A DNA stretch of 64,000 nt from positions 125,764-189,763 of IMG/VR virus record IMGVR_UViG_3300035681_000001; one strand, given 5' to 3'. This stretch comes from a virus. A program made the position numbers and the translations under genes. Every line of letters starts with the position of its first letter. Position 1 is the first letter of the stretch. Positions 47,139-57,291 of the stretch are shown piece by piece. Below the pieces are notes generated by a model, which had not been told where the DNA came from, did no database searches, and saw nothing but the letters and a program-made list of their open reading frames with translations.

Positions 47139-47635
47139 CTGCTCACGACGACCTAGCCAAAATCGACTTGGTTCGCAGCCACATAGAAAACGTACAACGC
47201 TCTACTTACCGTTTGGGCTGCCGGTTAATTTCTAAAGGTGATGTAGAACTGGGTCGTAACCTAATAGCTAACGGCCAAATACATGACAACTCTAAGTTTA
47301 AGGGCATTGAATTCGAGCACTTGTTTTACGGAGACCCGTTGTTAGAAGACGTTCGTAGGCACCACGTTGCACTAAACCCACACCACCCAGAACACTGGGG
47401 TGGCATTAAAAAAATGCCCGCCGTATACGTAGCTGAGATGGTGTGCGACTGGTACGCACGGTCAACCGAATTCGGTTCTGACTTTCGCGGCTGGATTACA
47501 CACCAAGCTACGGCTAGGTTTGGCTTTAGTGTACAAGACCCCGTGTACCTACAAATTATGGAGTTTGTGGAGCTGCTGTTAGGTAATCCCTTTAAACCTA
47601 ATAACAATGAAGTGCAAGCTAAAGGACACAACTAA
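47135..47635 (+). CDS. HD-superfamily protein (DUF5662-like)
   Basis: HIENV, HDNSKF, NPHHPEHW, EMVCDW. Confidence 0.8.
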   Translation: MTAHDDLAKIDLVRSHIENVQRSTYRLGCRLISKGDVELGRNLIANGQIHDNSKFKGIEFEHLFYGDPLLEDVRRHHVALNPHHPEHWGGIKKMPAVYVAEMVCDWYARSTEFGSDFRGWITHQATARFGFSVQDPVYLQIMEFVELLLGNPFKPNNNEVQAKGHN

Positions 47636-47692
47636 GGCTGTTAGTTGGGCTGAACTAATCAGTAACCGTTGCTTAAAAAAAAGACCTGCAAA

Positions 47693-47736
47693 GTTACGTG
47701 AACTTAGGTAAGCTTTTAGCCCTAAGTTCACGTAAC
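47693..47736. repeat. Perfect 16-bp inverted repeat
   Basis: GTTACGTGAACTTAGG / CCTAAGTTCACGTAAC with a 12-nt spacer. Confidence 0.9.
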
Positions 47737-47786
47737 CTAAACAGCCCAAACGGGTCAGTTACTCAAGTAGTTCACAACCAACCATT

Positions 47787-47982
47787 ATGAAAATCATTGC
47801 TCATACTCCTTACGGAGTCTTTGAATCACTTGAAGCTGCTTATGATCCACAAAAATTTGAAAAGCTTGAGGAGCCGCTAAAAAAAACTTCCAGGCGCACC
47901 ATTTTTTAGCTTTAGTGCCACTAAGGGTGAGGTTTACTTTACACCCGAAATGATTAAACAATCACTGTTTATCCTAGAGTGA
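47787..47982 (+). pseudogene. Small gene with a +1 frameshift in A8 (47879-47886)
   Basis: Removing one A gives a contiguous 64-aa ORF ending just before the next gene. Confidence 0.55.
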
Positions 47983-47986
47983 AATT

Positions 47987-48214
47987 ATGGAGTCTTTGAA
48001 TCAGACCTACCGAATTACTAAAGAAATCAACCTTTTTCATACAACTGATGATTTTGGGTACTGCTTCACGGCTGATGAATATGGAACCGTGTGCATCACT
48101 GAAACACGAGGAATGGAAGCAATGACTGGTACTACTACACACCTCCACGTACGTAAAGATTGTATTCCACACTTTATTAAAGCACTTGAAAGCTTTAGTG
48201 TAGACAAAGCATGA
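47987..48214 (+). CDS. Hypothetical protein
   Basis: 75-aa ORF. Confidence 0.65.
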   Translation: MESLNQTYRITKEINLFHTTDDFGYCFTADEYGTVCITETRGMEAMTGTTTHLHVRKDCIPHFIKALESFSVDKA

Positions 48215-48493
48215 GTGACGAACAACTCCTCAAAGAATACTGCAAAGAAATTTCCCCAGCCTCGGCGTCATGCTGCAGTCTAACTGTCGCTGAGTTAATT
48301 GAAAGACATAGACGTTTAAGACAAAAAAGTATTGAATGGAATGATACCTATGGCGAAGCACTTAAAAAAAGGTTATAAAGACGGATACGACTTTGGAGTT
48401 CAAGATGCAGGCAAAAATGTCATTAAGCTACAAGACCTTCGTAAAATGACTCTAGAAGAAATTGCTAATCTGATTGGAACTGATGACTACTGA
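48211..48493 (+). pseudogene. Small gene with a +1 frameshift in A7 (48364-48370)
   Basis: ALKK + GYKDGYDFG joins after removing one A. Confidence 0.55.
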
Positions 48494-48725
48494 ACAAATA
48501 TTTAAACTTGCTAAAACGTGTGGATTTGATGAGTTCACAGGTAAAAAAGAAACAGAAGAAAGTGACGATACTTACTGGGAGTGTTAGGCCAACCAACTTT
48601 TGAACTTTGCTCAAGGAATTCGTCAAGAAACTATCAAGGATGTTATTACTACACTAAAAGGCGTTCCTAATTCAGAAGCAAATAGAACAGCAATCAATTG
48701 TATTACTAATATGGAGAATGACTAA
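48483..48725 (+). pseudogene. Small gene with in-frame TAG at 48585
   Basis: YWEC*ANQLLNFA; frame continues to a stop overlapping the next gene. Confidence 0.55.
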
Positions 48726-48933
48726 AATTCCACTTCAAGCAGTTACTGTCACTTACACTCAAAGCCTGACTATCACACCCGCAAATGAAATGTTTGAAAA
48801 TTGGGATGTGGAACCCACACAAACAGCATTTGAGGGTTACGCTTTAGCCCTATTGGAGTTAGGTGAGGGTAAGTGTAATACAACTACTACAAGACTAACA
48901 ACCGTTGAAATTAACTGGGAAGACGCCAACTAA
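48718..48933 (+). CDS. Hypothetical protein
   Basis: 71-aa ORF. Confidence 0.6.
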   Translation: MTKIPLQAVTVTYTQSLTITPANEMFENWDVEPTQTAFEGYALALLELGEGKCNTTTTRLTTVEINWEDAN

Positions 48934-49278
48934 TGAACTTTTTTGACAAACTGACTATTGGTTGGGTGCAGATGCGTGACTCCCGTTGGGAGTGGTGGTA
49001 TCACCTTACTGAAGCTCGACGAGAAAACTATTGGGAGTTCTGGCACCACTTGAACTTTGATCTAGTAGCCTACGTTGAAGAAAAGTACTATACCTAAAAC
49101 CAACCCTAGCTACTAAAAAATAGAACTACCCTAAGGTCTCAGTTACTTAAGTATCAAACAGCAGACCACACCAACGTAGTACTTAAATACACCCTTACAA
49201 CCGTAACTGAACCTAACTTAAGTCCGTTAGCAAACACGCTACCTAACTTGATTGCCACCTTATGCTAGCTAGAAACTC

Positions 49279-49944
49279 ATGAAAATCATTTCTAAATTCA
49301 AAGACTACTACGATTGGGTAGCTCAGCGTTACGGCGGTGGTGATCCACTTAATACGTGGTCGCGACTAGATTTCTTAGTCAGACACTACCACGGCGAATC
49401 AGTTTTTGACACACCAGAAACTACCTACCACGGCGTAGTAAACCACAGTTGGGGGACTCCTACAGATAACTACGGCTGGAACCTAACGTTCTGCGTACTA
49501 AATGGTAGACCCTACCCATTAGTAAACTACTGGGAGACAGATCGTCTGGGCATCACCCACGTACAACCTAAAAGGTTATTGCGTGAGGGTGATGCTTTCT
49601 TGGACTTTTACAGACAAACCCGAGGTCATCACACAAAAAAAGAAGAGCAAATACAAAGTTGGTTAAACCCTAAAGAGTCTCACCTGCTCTTGAAGGTTTC
49701 ACGAGAACTACAACAACCTGCTTTCATAATACGCGGCCGTGAACTAATCGAAGGTAAGCTACCGAGGTTGGGTGAGCTGGGCTTTGCTGCTCTATTTAGT
49801 GCCGAGCAGATGTACCAAAACCTAAGTTACTTTGTAGGTAATTATTTGCGAGAATCAGCAGACCTAAAACCACCAGTCACAATCTCAGACCGAGATCGTA
49901 TCCTACAACATGGCTTTGACCTGAAAAAATCATTCAGACGTTAA
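49279..49944 (+). CDS. Phage hypothetical protein (MKIISKFKDYYD)
   Basis: 221-aa ORF. Confidence 0.75.
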   Translation: MKIISKFKDYYDWVAQRYGGGDPLNTWSRLDFLVRHYHGESVFDTPETTYHGVVNHSWGTPTDNYGWNLTFCVLNGRPYPLVNYWETDRLGITHVQPKRLLREGDAFLDFYRQTRGHHTKKEEQIQSWLNPKESHLLLKVSRELQQPAFIIRGRELIEGKLPRLGELGFAALFSAEQMYQNLSYFVGNYLRESADLKPPVTISDRDRILQHGFDLKKSFRR

Positions 49945-49952
49945 GACACACC

Positions 49953-50174
49953 ATGGCAATTTTCACGTTTTCCTGCTATTCACGATGTGGTAGTTACTTT
50001 ACTTCTTATTTGAAAAAAGTTATAGTAAGAGCTGAAACTCTTGATCAAGCGCGTAAATACCTAGAAAAATGGCAAGAAGAACAAGGGTACAGTTTTAAAA
50101 CAGAAAATGTTCAGGTTGAACAAAATAATCAGGATACAGGAGTAATAGACTATGATTTCAGTTCTGATTATTAG
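49953..50174 (+). CDS. Hypothetical protein
   Basis: 73-aa ORF. Confidence 0.6.
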   Translation: MAIFTFSCYSRCGSYFTSYLKKVIVRAETLDQARKYLEKWQEEQGYSFKTENVQVEQNNQDTGVIDYDFSSDY

Positions 50175-50213
50175 TTTTAACTGTTTGCAACAACCAACCA
50201 ATTAGTAACCACA

Positions 50214-50918
50214 ATGTTTACGTTAAAAGACGCTAAAGTTGAAGATCAAGTTGAAGACTCAACAGGCTGAAAAGGTAAGATTCAGCATGTTACATACGGT
50301 CTTTATAAAGTTAATTTTGGACATAAAGGAACACAAACTTTTTGTGTTAATGGTGTTGCTTACGACGATCAACTGCAACCCCTCAGCGCTCCTCGTTTAG
50401 TTAAATGGTTACCAGCTGCAGCTCCTAAACTCATGAATCCCTCAACACTCAGCACACCTGAATTTAGTTTGGCCGGCGCTTCCAAAGGAGATCGAGTTAC
50501 AAATTCTGTAGACCAGCAAGGAACTATCGAGTACATTAGTGAAATTTATGGAATCAGGTTCGATAACGGTTCTATAGATCGCTATGAAAGCGACGGTTGT
50601 AGTGAGACAAACCCTCTGCCAATAGTAAGTTGGCAAAAAGCTACTACCCCTCAAACGCTACCTATACCAGCCACCTACTCTCCTACTATCACAGACATTG
50701 ACGTTAACGGAAACATACAAATACTCACATCTCGCGGCTGGGAAGTATGTTCTTGGGCAGAATACGAAAAAGAACAGTGGGCACACACTCCACTGTACCT
50801 TAAAGACCCTAAAAAGCTGGCTGGTCACATACAATGTGCTATTGATGGGGGCGCTATATCGCGTGATGTCTTGCAACAACTACTTATTTACTTAAAATTG
50901 AACACTCAGGTGCAGTAG
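50214..50918 (+). pseudogene. Repeat-domain protein with in-frame TGA at 50268
   Basis: ATG 50214 is in frame with ORF 50433-50918; repeat unit and C-terminal domain resemble 51149-52045. Confidence 0.6.
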
Positions 50919-50960
50919 CTCTTACCAAGCTGTTGCCGTACCTAAAAAACCACTCAGCCA

Positions 50961-51149
50961 ATGTCAACTACAACACTCACCGCACCTGAATTAGGAGACA
51001 CCCAAGTAATCAAAACAGGTGACTGCTATGTCGCTGAAACTTACGCTTGTGTAAAAGGCAAAAACCAATGGATCGCACTTTGTGATCCTATGCGCAGTCT
51101 TACTGAGGCTTTTAATAAAATCACTCTCACAGGAAGGTACCTCCCTTAA
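50961..51149 (+). CDS. Hypothetical protein
   Basis: TAATG coupling to the next gene. Confidence 0.55.
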   Translation: MSTTTLTAPELGDTQVIKTGDCYVAETYACVKGKNQWIALCDPMRSLTEAFNKITLTGRYLP

Positions 51150-52045
51150 TGTTAAATTTAGTAGACTGCAAAGTAGGTGACTTTGTTACCTATGCAAATG
51201 GACACGTCGGTCGGATTATTGGTAGTAACTACTTAGCTGAGACAATAACAACAAATGTGTATGTTGATGGTTCAGGGCATCATAATAGGAAACATACTCT
51301 AGAAGGCAGACATTCAAATCCAGAATGGTGCATAATTCATGTAAAACCTGAAGCTCCTGTAGACCTTCATAAAGCTCAACCAGGCGACACAGTTATCTAT
51401 AGCGACGGGGCTGCAGGTATTATTACTGAGATTCAAGTTACAGAAGATTTTAAGTTTAAGTGTAAGTGCTTGTTAAGTGGATTTCATACATACCACCGAC
51501 ATAATGGTGCGAGTAAGACTTACTCCCACAAATACCGAGTAATTGCAGTAGAGCCTGCAATAGACCTTAGTAAAGCCCAACCGGGTAACACGGTAATCTA
51601 TGCAAATGGTAGCCCTGGAGTATTTAAAGGCAATGTTGACAACTTACTGCATTATAGTAGTTACTCAATAGAACACGGCGTTTTAGCACACACAAAGTCT
51701 GGTAAGCATACTCTTAAGGATACACATCCACTAGACATAAAAACCGTAATTAGCTGTACTCACCCTAAACCAACTGAACCAATGCAACTCCCTACTGAAG
51801 GCATTACCGCTACACGACCTACTATTAAAGATGCTGACTCCCGAGAGAATGTCCAAGTACTAACTGGCGAAGGCTGGGGTATTAAAAGATGGGACCTAAC
51901 TGGAAAACTACCGTGGGCACACACACCTAATTACCGCCCACTTACTAAAAAGGACTTAGCCTTACAGCTATCAAACAACTTAGAAAAAGACGCCGCACCT
52001 TCAAGTCACCTACTAAAACTCATCCTTAACTACCTAAACGAATGA
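51149..52045 (+). CDS. Protein with three small beta-barrel-like repeats
   Basis: DCKVGDFVTYANG / KAQPGDTVIYSDG / KAQPGNTVIYANG. Confidence 0.75.
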   Translation: MLNLVDCKVGDFVTYANGHVGRIIGSNYLAETITTNVYVDGSGHHNRKHTLEGRHSNPEWCIIHVKPEAPVDLHKAQPGDTVIYSDGAAGIITEIQVTEDFKFKCKCLLSGFHTYHRHNGASKTYSHKYRVIAVEPAIDLSKAQPGNTVIYANGSPGVFKGNVDNLLHYSSYSIEHGVLAHTKSGKHTLKDTHPLDIKTVISCTHPKPTEPMQLPTEGITATRPTIKDADSRENVQVLTGEGWGIKRWDLTGKLPWAHTPNYRPLTKKDLALQLSNNLEKDAAPSSHLLKLILNYLNE

Positions 52046-52647
52046 AACACTCACGTGTAGTAGCTCTTACTTTGAGCTGCTCTTTTGTAGCTGTTAGTCT
52101 GGCAGGTTGTGGACCTGATACCCCCAGCAAAAACTACAAATCAGTTTATGAATCAGTAAAAGAATGTGTAGCAGACTCACGTAGTCAGTCTGACTGTAAA
52201 GACTACTACAACTCAGCTCTAAATAGCCACCTAGAAAATGCCCCTAGGTACGTGTCACAAAAAGACTGCCTAGCAGAAGGGTCTAATAAGTGCGTGGAAA
52301 TAGGGTTAGCTCCAGACTCAGTTTGGTTGCCTGAGATGGTAGGATTTACTGCTCAATACAACCCTGCATATCTTAGTAAAACCAACACTAGCAACCCCAA
52401 CGATCGAGTAGTAGTTGAACCGTCTAACGACGGTGACAACACATTCATTATGTTGGGGTCTTATTACAACTCTGGATCTGCTACTAGATTATCTGAAGGA
52501 ATGACAGCGGGTAACTTACGTGGAACGTCAAGTAGAGTATTTAACTCAGGTGTTACTCCTGGTAGTTACACTTCAACTACAAGTCGTAGCAGTGTAGCCT
52601 CAGTGAGCCGAGGTGGCTTTGGCTCTAGGGGAGGTGCAGGGTCTTGA
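52042..52647 (+). CDS. DUF1190 (YgiB-like) lipoprotein
   Basis: LAGC lipobox, four further Cys, APRY, C-terminal SRGGFG. Confidence 0.8.
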   Translation: MKHSRVVALTLSCSFVAVSLAGCGPDTPSKNYKSVYESVKECVADSRSQSDCKDYYNSALNSHLENAPRYVSQKDCLAEGSNKCVEIGLAPDSVWLPEMVGFTAQYNPAYLSKTNTSNPNDRVVVEPSNDGDNTFIMLGSYYNSGSATRLSEGMTAGNLRGTSSRVFNSGVTPGSYTSTTSRSSVASVSRGGFGSRGGAGS

Positions 52648-53885
52648 AAAGACACGTTGTACAACCCCGACCAAACTGGGTTTCAGAAACAGAAGCTCTA
52701 GGATGGGGATTCTTTGCTACTTCATCAGGAGAAAACGGAGATCCTTATTGGCACGAAAAAGTAGCCTATGAGTTTACAGCTGAAGAAATCGACGTTTTAG
52801 AGGAAGCCACCAACGAACTTCAAGAGCGTTGTTTAGAAGCAGTAGCTTACGTAGTTACTAAACCTAAGCTGCTTAGCAAATTAGGTATTCCCTCCAGCCA
52901 CCACGAACACGTGCGGCGGTCTTGGGAGCGTGCTGACCCTAGTCTTTACGGTCGCATGGACTTTGCCTATTTAGGCGGTAACTCACAGCCTAAATTATTA
53001 GAATACAACGCTGACACACCTACTGTAGTACTAGAAACTGCAGTATTACAGTGGCAGTGGCTATAAGCCGTAAGGCCGGGAGCTGATCAGTTTAACTCTC
53101 TACACGAAGCTTTACTGGAAAACTTCCAGGCCCTAAAAGCTAGGATCCCCGCTGGAGAAACTTTCTACTTTGCTGGTGTAGAAGAATGTGAAGAAGAGTA
53201 CTGGACTTGTGTGTACCTGCAAGACCTAGCTTCCCAAGCTGGCCTAAAAACTAAGTTTATTAACTTGCCAGACATAGGCCTACAACACGGTGCTAAAGAG
53301 TCATCCAAGTTTATAGACTTAGAGGGTAACGAAATTCGGTACTGGTTTAAGTTGTATCCTTGGGAGTGGTTAGTAGAAGAAGAATTCGGATCGGCTACAC
53401 GCTACGCATCCGGCATGGTAGAACCAGCATGGAAAATGGTGCTGTCCAATAAAGGACTGCTACCCGTGTTGTGGGATTTATTCCCCAACCACCCTAACTT
53501 ACTACCAGCGAGCTTTGATCACCCAGTAGGTGACCTAGACGGATGGGCTTACTTACAATGGGAACGTAACGCCTCAGCTGCAGATCTAGAAAGCTATGCC
53601 GCAGGTCAGTTGTACCCTTTTGACTACATTACCAAACCAATGTTGTCTAGAGAAGGAGCTAACATTGACTACTATGAAAAAGGTAAGTTAGTACACCGCA
53701 CGGGTGGTAACTACTTAGGGCCTAGAATCTACCAAGAATTTGCACCTACCTTCACTTCAGGTGAGTACAAAGCCATCATTGGTAGCTGGGTAGCTCGCCG
53801 GGCTTGTGGAACTATGGTCCGCGACGTTAAAGGTTTAATTGTTCAAGATACTACCGCAGTAGTTCCTCACTGGTTTAACCCTTAA
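52644..53885 (+). pseudogene. Glutathionylspermidine synthase-like (YgiC/YjfC) ATP-grasp gene interrupted by one TAA
   Basis: LYGRMDF, KLLEYNADTP, DQFNSLHE, FKLYPWEW, EPAWK, KPMLSREGAN; in-frame TAA at 53064-53066. Confidence 0.85.
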
Positions 53886-53901
53886 TTATTGTTCAATTGC
53901 C

Positions 53902-54789
53902 ATGAATTCTCGACACGAAAAGCTCAGCGACTCGATTGCAATAACTATGCAATCTATTCCTGCTGGATCTTTTTTAATGGGATCTCCAGAAGACGAACTT
54001 AACCGTTCAAATACCGAGAGTCCTCAACACGTAGTAAGCCTGGAAGCTTTTGAACTAAGTACTGCTACTATTACTCAAGCTCAATGGGCAGAAGTAGCTA
54101 AGTGGCCCGCCGTAAATCAAGCCCTAAAGACTGATCCTTCTAAATTTAAAGGATCAAATAAACCAGTACAAAACATAAACTGGTATGAAGCAATGGAATT
54201 TTGCACCCGGCTTAGTGCTAAAACAGGTAAAGACTATACTTTACCTAGCGAGGCACAATGGGAATACGCCTGTCGAGCAGGCACTAGTACTCCTTACAAT
54301 TTTGGATTGACAGGTTCTGACCAAATAACCCGGACAGACGCTAACTTTGACAGCCAACAACCCGTTAACGTAGGTAGTTTTTGTGCTAATACCTGGAAAC
54401 TCTATGACATGCACGGAAATGTATGGGAGTGGTGTTTAGATGATTGGCACGATAGTTATGAAAACGCTCCAACAGATGGCAGTGCTTGGGGTGGTCAAAC
54501 TATCAATAGCCGTAAGGTGCTGCGCGGCGGCTCCTGGCACAACCACCCCGGGGGCTGCCGCTCGGCCTACCGCAACCTTCACCGGCCCGGCGACGTCTAC
54601 TTCAACGTCGGTTTGCGTGTGGTCTGCCTCCCTAAAAACCTAAAAACCCAAAACACCAACCACCAACTGACTGAGCTAGCTCTAATGATGGTAGGTACTA
54701 TTGAAAAGTCTAAGCTGTTTATTCCAGAAATCACAGACACCATTCGTAAGGCCCTTACTAATCAAATGAAAAACTCAAACTACAACTAG
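53902..54789 (+). CDS. FGE-sulfatase / SUMF1 (CLec-fold) protein 2, DGR-target-like
   Basis: IPAGSFLMGSP, LPSEAQWEYACRAGT, DMHGNVWEWC, RGGSW...CRSAYR...GLRVVCLP. Confidence 0.9.
   Translation: MNSRHEKLSDSIAITMQSIPAGSFLMGSPEDELNRSNTESPQHVVSLEAFELSTATITQAQWAEVAKWPAVNQALKTDPSKFKGSNKPVQNINWYEAMEFCTRLSAKTGKDYTLPSEAQWEYACRAGTSTPYNFGLTGSDQITRTDANFDSQQPVNVGSFCANTWKLYDMHGNVWEWCLDDWHDSYENAPTDGSAWGGQTINSRKVLRGGSWHNHPGGCRSAYRNLHRPGDVYFNVGLRVVCLPKNLKTQNTNHQLTELALMMVGTIEKSKLFIPEITDTIRKALTNQMKNSNYN
54517..54633 (+). other. DGR variable-region-like segment VR2
   Basis: 70% GC (82/117 counted); aligns without gaps to VR1 over 39 codons. Confidence 0.6.
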
Positions 54790-54799
54790 TATTACTCAA

Positions 54800-55480
54800 A
54801 TGAACCTTAACCTAATTGAGCTACCTAAGTGGCCACTGTGTAGCGTAAAAGGCACCTCAGTAACCCTAGAACAAGCAATGGAAATTCTTGTTCGTACACA
54901 ATGGTATTTTAGTGGAACCCAAGAACACGAACACCTACTAAAGATCTTTTACACTACTATTCCTAAGCCTGAATGGGGATCAAATTGGTGGGTTTGGCCT
55001 CTTGGTCCTTTTAACAATTCAAAAATAGACGTAATAAAAAAGAGAAAACAATATCAAAATGAAATGGGTATCTTACCCTTAGAGTACTTAACCAATGCAC
55101 AAGCAATGTCTTGTGTACTAGAGTCTACGGGTTGGTGTGATTGGGATGGTAAAATCTCACAGCTTGAGTACCTAGCTTCAAAGTGGCCTTCAGCGATGCA
55201 AGTGTATGAAGAGTGGGTGCTGTTAGCTAAGACCTTTCCTTTTTTAGGACTTACTTGTTGTTTGTTTAGAGACGACGGTAAGATTGCCATCGTTTATGAA
55301 GTTATTAAGGGTACCGTGTCAGCTCGTGAACCACAAGAAACTGAACTAGCTAATTACCCAGCTGATGAGGCTGATGAGGCTGACGAAGCTGATTACAACT
55401 CTAAAGAATCACCCACTGACCCTGAGCTCTGGGCGAGAGCTTGTAAACTAACTGCCAACTCCCTAATCAAGAGCTTGTAA
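54800..55480 (+). CDS. Hypothetical protein
   Basis: 226-aa ORF. Confidence 0.75.
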   Translation: MNLNLIELPKWPLCSVKGTSVTLEQAMEILVRTQWYFSGTQEHEHLLKIFYTTIPKPEWGSNWWVWPLGPFNNSKIDVIKKRKQYQNEMGILPLEYLTNAQAMSCVLESTGWCDWDGKISQLEYLASKWPSAMQVYEEWVLLAKTFPFLGLTCCLFRDDGKIAIVYEVIKGTVSAREPQETELANYPADEADEADEADYNSKESPTDPELWARACKLTANSLIKSL

Positions 55481-55499
55481 ACTAACTGCCAACTCTCTA

Positions 55500-55700
55500 A
55501 TGATGAAACTAGGTTTTACTATACAAGCACCCCAACGAATTGCTAGATGTCATCACTGTAGGGAATCCATTAAGCCAGGTGAAGTTTCAGTGGTATTAAC
55601 TACTGAAACCCACGGTAAGCTTTCAAGGTTGTATATACACCTTAAGTGTTACTTAAACCTAGTACCTGAAGTACTCCAACTAACCAACTCAACTCCATGA
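55500..55700 (+). CDS. Small Zn-binding protein
   Basis: CHHC...HLKC. Confidence 0.6.
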   Translation: MMKLGFTIQAPQRIARCHHCRESIKPGEVSVVLTTETHGKLSRLYIHLKCYLNLVPEVLQLTNSTP

Positions 55701-56038
55701 CTAAATTTGCAAAATGGGTACTGTGGAACAGCACCCAACTAACACTCACTTGCCTGTGGCTATTTGCAGGTCTCGAATGGGCTGGAAACTTAGTGCGTTT
55801 TTACTTGGTAGTAGTTTTAGTCCTCAGTTTAGTGTTTGTACTAACTGCACCTAAAGAAAGCAAAGCATTTAAAGAGGTACAAAAAGAAGGACGCAGTGTA
55901 AGTAAACAACTTTCCATCACTATTGACCTCATTACAATCTGTTTGTTGGCATCACAAGGTGAATTCTGGTTTGCTGCTATAGCTCTTGGGGTCACTGGAC
56001 TTGAGTCATACGTTTTTGATAAAACACCCACTGCTTAA
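55697..56038 (+). CDS. Membrane protein
   Basis: Three to four hydrophobic segments. Confidence 0.7.
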   Translation: MTKFAKWVLWNSTQLTLTCLWLFAGLEWAGNLVRFYLVVVLVLSLVFVLTAPKESKAFKEVQKEGRSVSKQLSITIDLITICLLASQGEFWFAAIALGVTGLESYVFDKTPTA

Positions 56039-56052
56039 TCACTGCAACCTCA

Positions 56053-56256
56053 ATGGATCCAGTAAAACCAGCACACAACTCTAAAAGGTTAATTACTGAA
56101 CACTTAGCTGCACTAACTCGTGTAGTACTAGTAAACGTAGAAACCGGGCGGTTTCCACTGACTGTGGACCACCACTGTGGTTGGCTAGACCTAAATGCTA
56201 TTACCGAAAGCTGTACTGGAATCTTAGAGCTGTCCGGTGCAGCCAAGTATAAATAG
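56053..56256 (+). CDS. Hypothetical protein
   Basis: 67-aa ORF. Confidence 0.5.
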   Translation: MDPVKPAHNSKRLITEHLAALTRVVLVNVETGRFPLTVDHHCGWLDLNAITESCTGILELSGAAKYK

Positions 56257-56277
56257 GACTACCTTAAAAGTAAGTGG

Positions 56278-56583
56278 GTGGACGTAAGCTCTTTTAGTGA
56301 AGAAGACCTTGCAAACCTAGAAACAGCTAACGCTAACTATGAAGGCCTGAAAGAAATGGCTAAACACCATCGTAGAGAAGCAGAAGAAGTCCGCAGAAAA
56401 GCAGGGCGTGCGTTGAACGCACTGAACACACTAGAACAAGAGTTCTTAAAAAGGGTAACTGGTGCTATAAAAGATTTTGAAAAAGCTAATCCCGCTATAA
56501 AACTAGAAGACCTGAAAAAGCTAATAGCCGAACAAACTGTAGGTTCAGTAGAACAAGTCCAAAAAGAGCTCAAACTCCAATGA
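56278..56583 (+). CDS. Coiled-coil hypothetical protein
   Basis: 101-aa ORF. Confidence 0.6.
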   Translation: MDVSSFSEEDLANLETANANYEGLKEMAKHHRREAEEVRRKAGRALNALNTLEQEFLKRVTGAIKDFEKANPAIKLEDLKKLIAEQTVGSVEQVQKELKLQ

Positions 56584-56843
56584 AATTAGCCTGCCTCGTA
56601 GCACAAGACATCAGAAGTGAACTAATAAGCAAAGACCTAACCACTCTAATCTCACAACTACAAAAATACAAAGAACAAGGCTGGGAAAGCTTTTCGGCAG
56701 ACACAGACACAGACTACTCCTTAATGAGATGGGAACTAGAAACAGACGAAGCATATTTACTCCGAACGAATAAAAACTCACGATACGAAATGTATCTTCA
56801 ACTCAAAAAAGAATTTGAATCCCATGAAATACCGCATTGTTAA
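56580..56843 (+). CDS. Hypothetical protein
   Basis: ATGA overlap. Confidence 0.6.
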   Translation: MKLACLVAQDIRSELISKDLTTLISQLQKYKEQGWESFSADTDTDYSLMRWELETDEAYLLRTNKNSRYEMYLQLKKEFESHEIPHC

Positions 56844-57291
56844 AAGAACTGGTACAACCACTACGTACTACATAGAAGAAAGGTTTCTGTGGTTCTTCTG
56901 GAGACGCTTGTGTCCATCTATAGTAAGAGGTACTTATTATGAAGCAAATCAAACCCTTAAGGAACGTTTAACTCCACCAATTTATGAATACCTAAAACCT
57001 AACCTAAAACCTAACCCAAAGCCCACCAAAGAACCCACCAAACAACTTAACCTAGAGCAGTACTGTACTCCCTTAGTAGTAGGTATTTTTGAAGATGGTA
57101 ATAGACTAACAGGGAAACTGTTTTGCAAAGAAGGTGATTACTTTATCGAGACCTTAGGTGTTAACGTATGGCACCACGAGTGCTACGGTCCATTCACTAG
57201 TACAGGTGAAGGTAAGGAAAATTATCGAGGACCTAACCTAGTAAAAGCACAACGTCTACCACACCCTACTTCAAACCAATGCTTAAACTGA
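56815..57291 (+). CDS. Hypothetical protein
   Basis: 158-aa ORF. Confidence 0.65.
   Translation: MNPMKYRIVKRTGTTTTYYIEERFLWFFWRRLCPSIVRGTYYEANQTLKERLTPPIYEYLKPNLKPNPKPTKEPTKQLNLEQYCTPLVVGIFEDGNRLTGKLFCKEGDYFIETLGVNVWHHECYGPFTSTGEGKENYRGPNLVKAQRLPHPTSNQCLN

Noticed and set aside
25469-54789. Complete DGR (RT, Avd, template repeat) in this window
   Set aside because: I found no RT motifs (YxDD) in any ORF and no third GC-rich, AAC-rich copy of the VR by eye; only target-like genes are supported.
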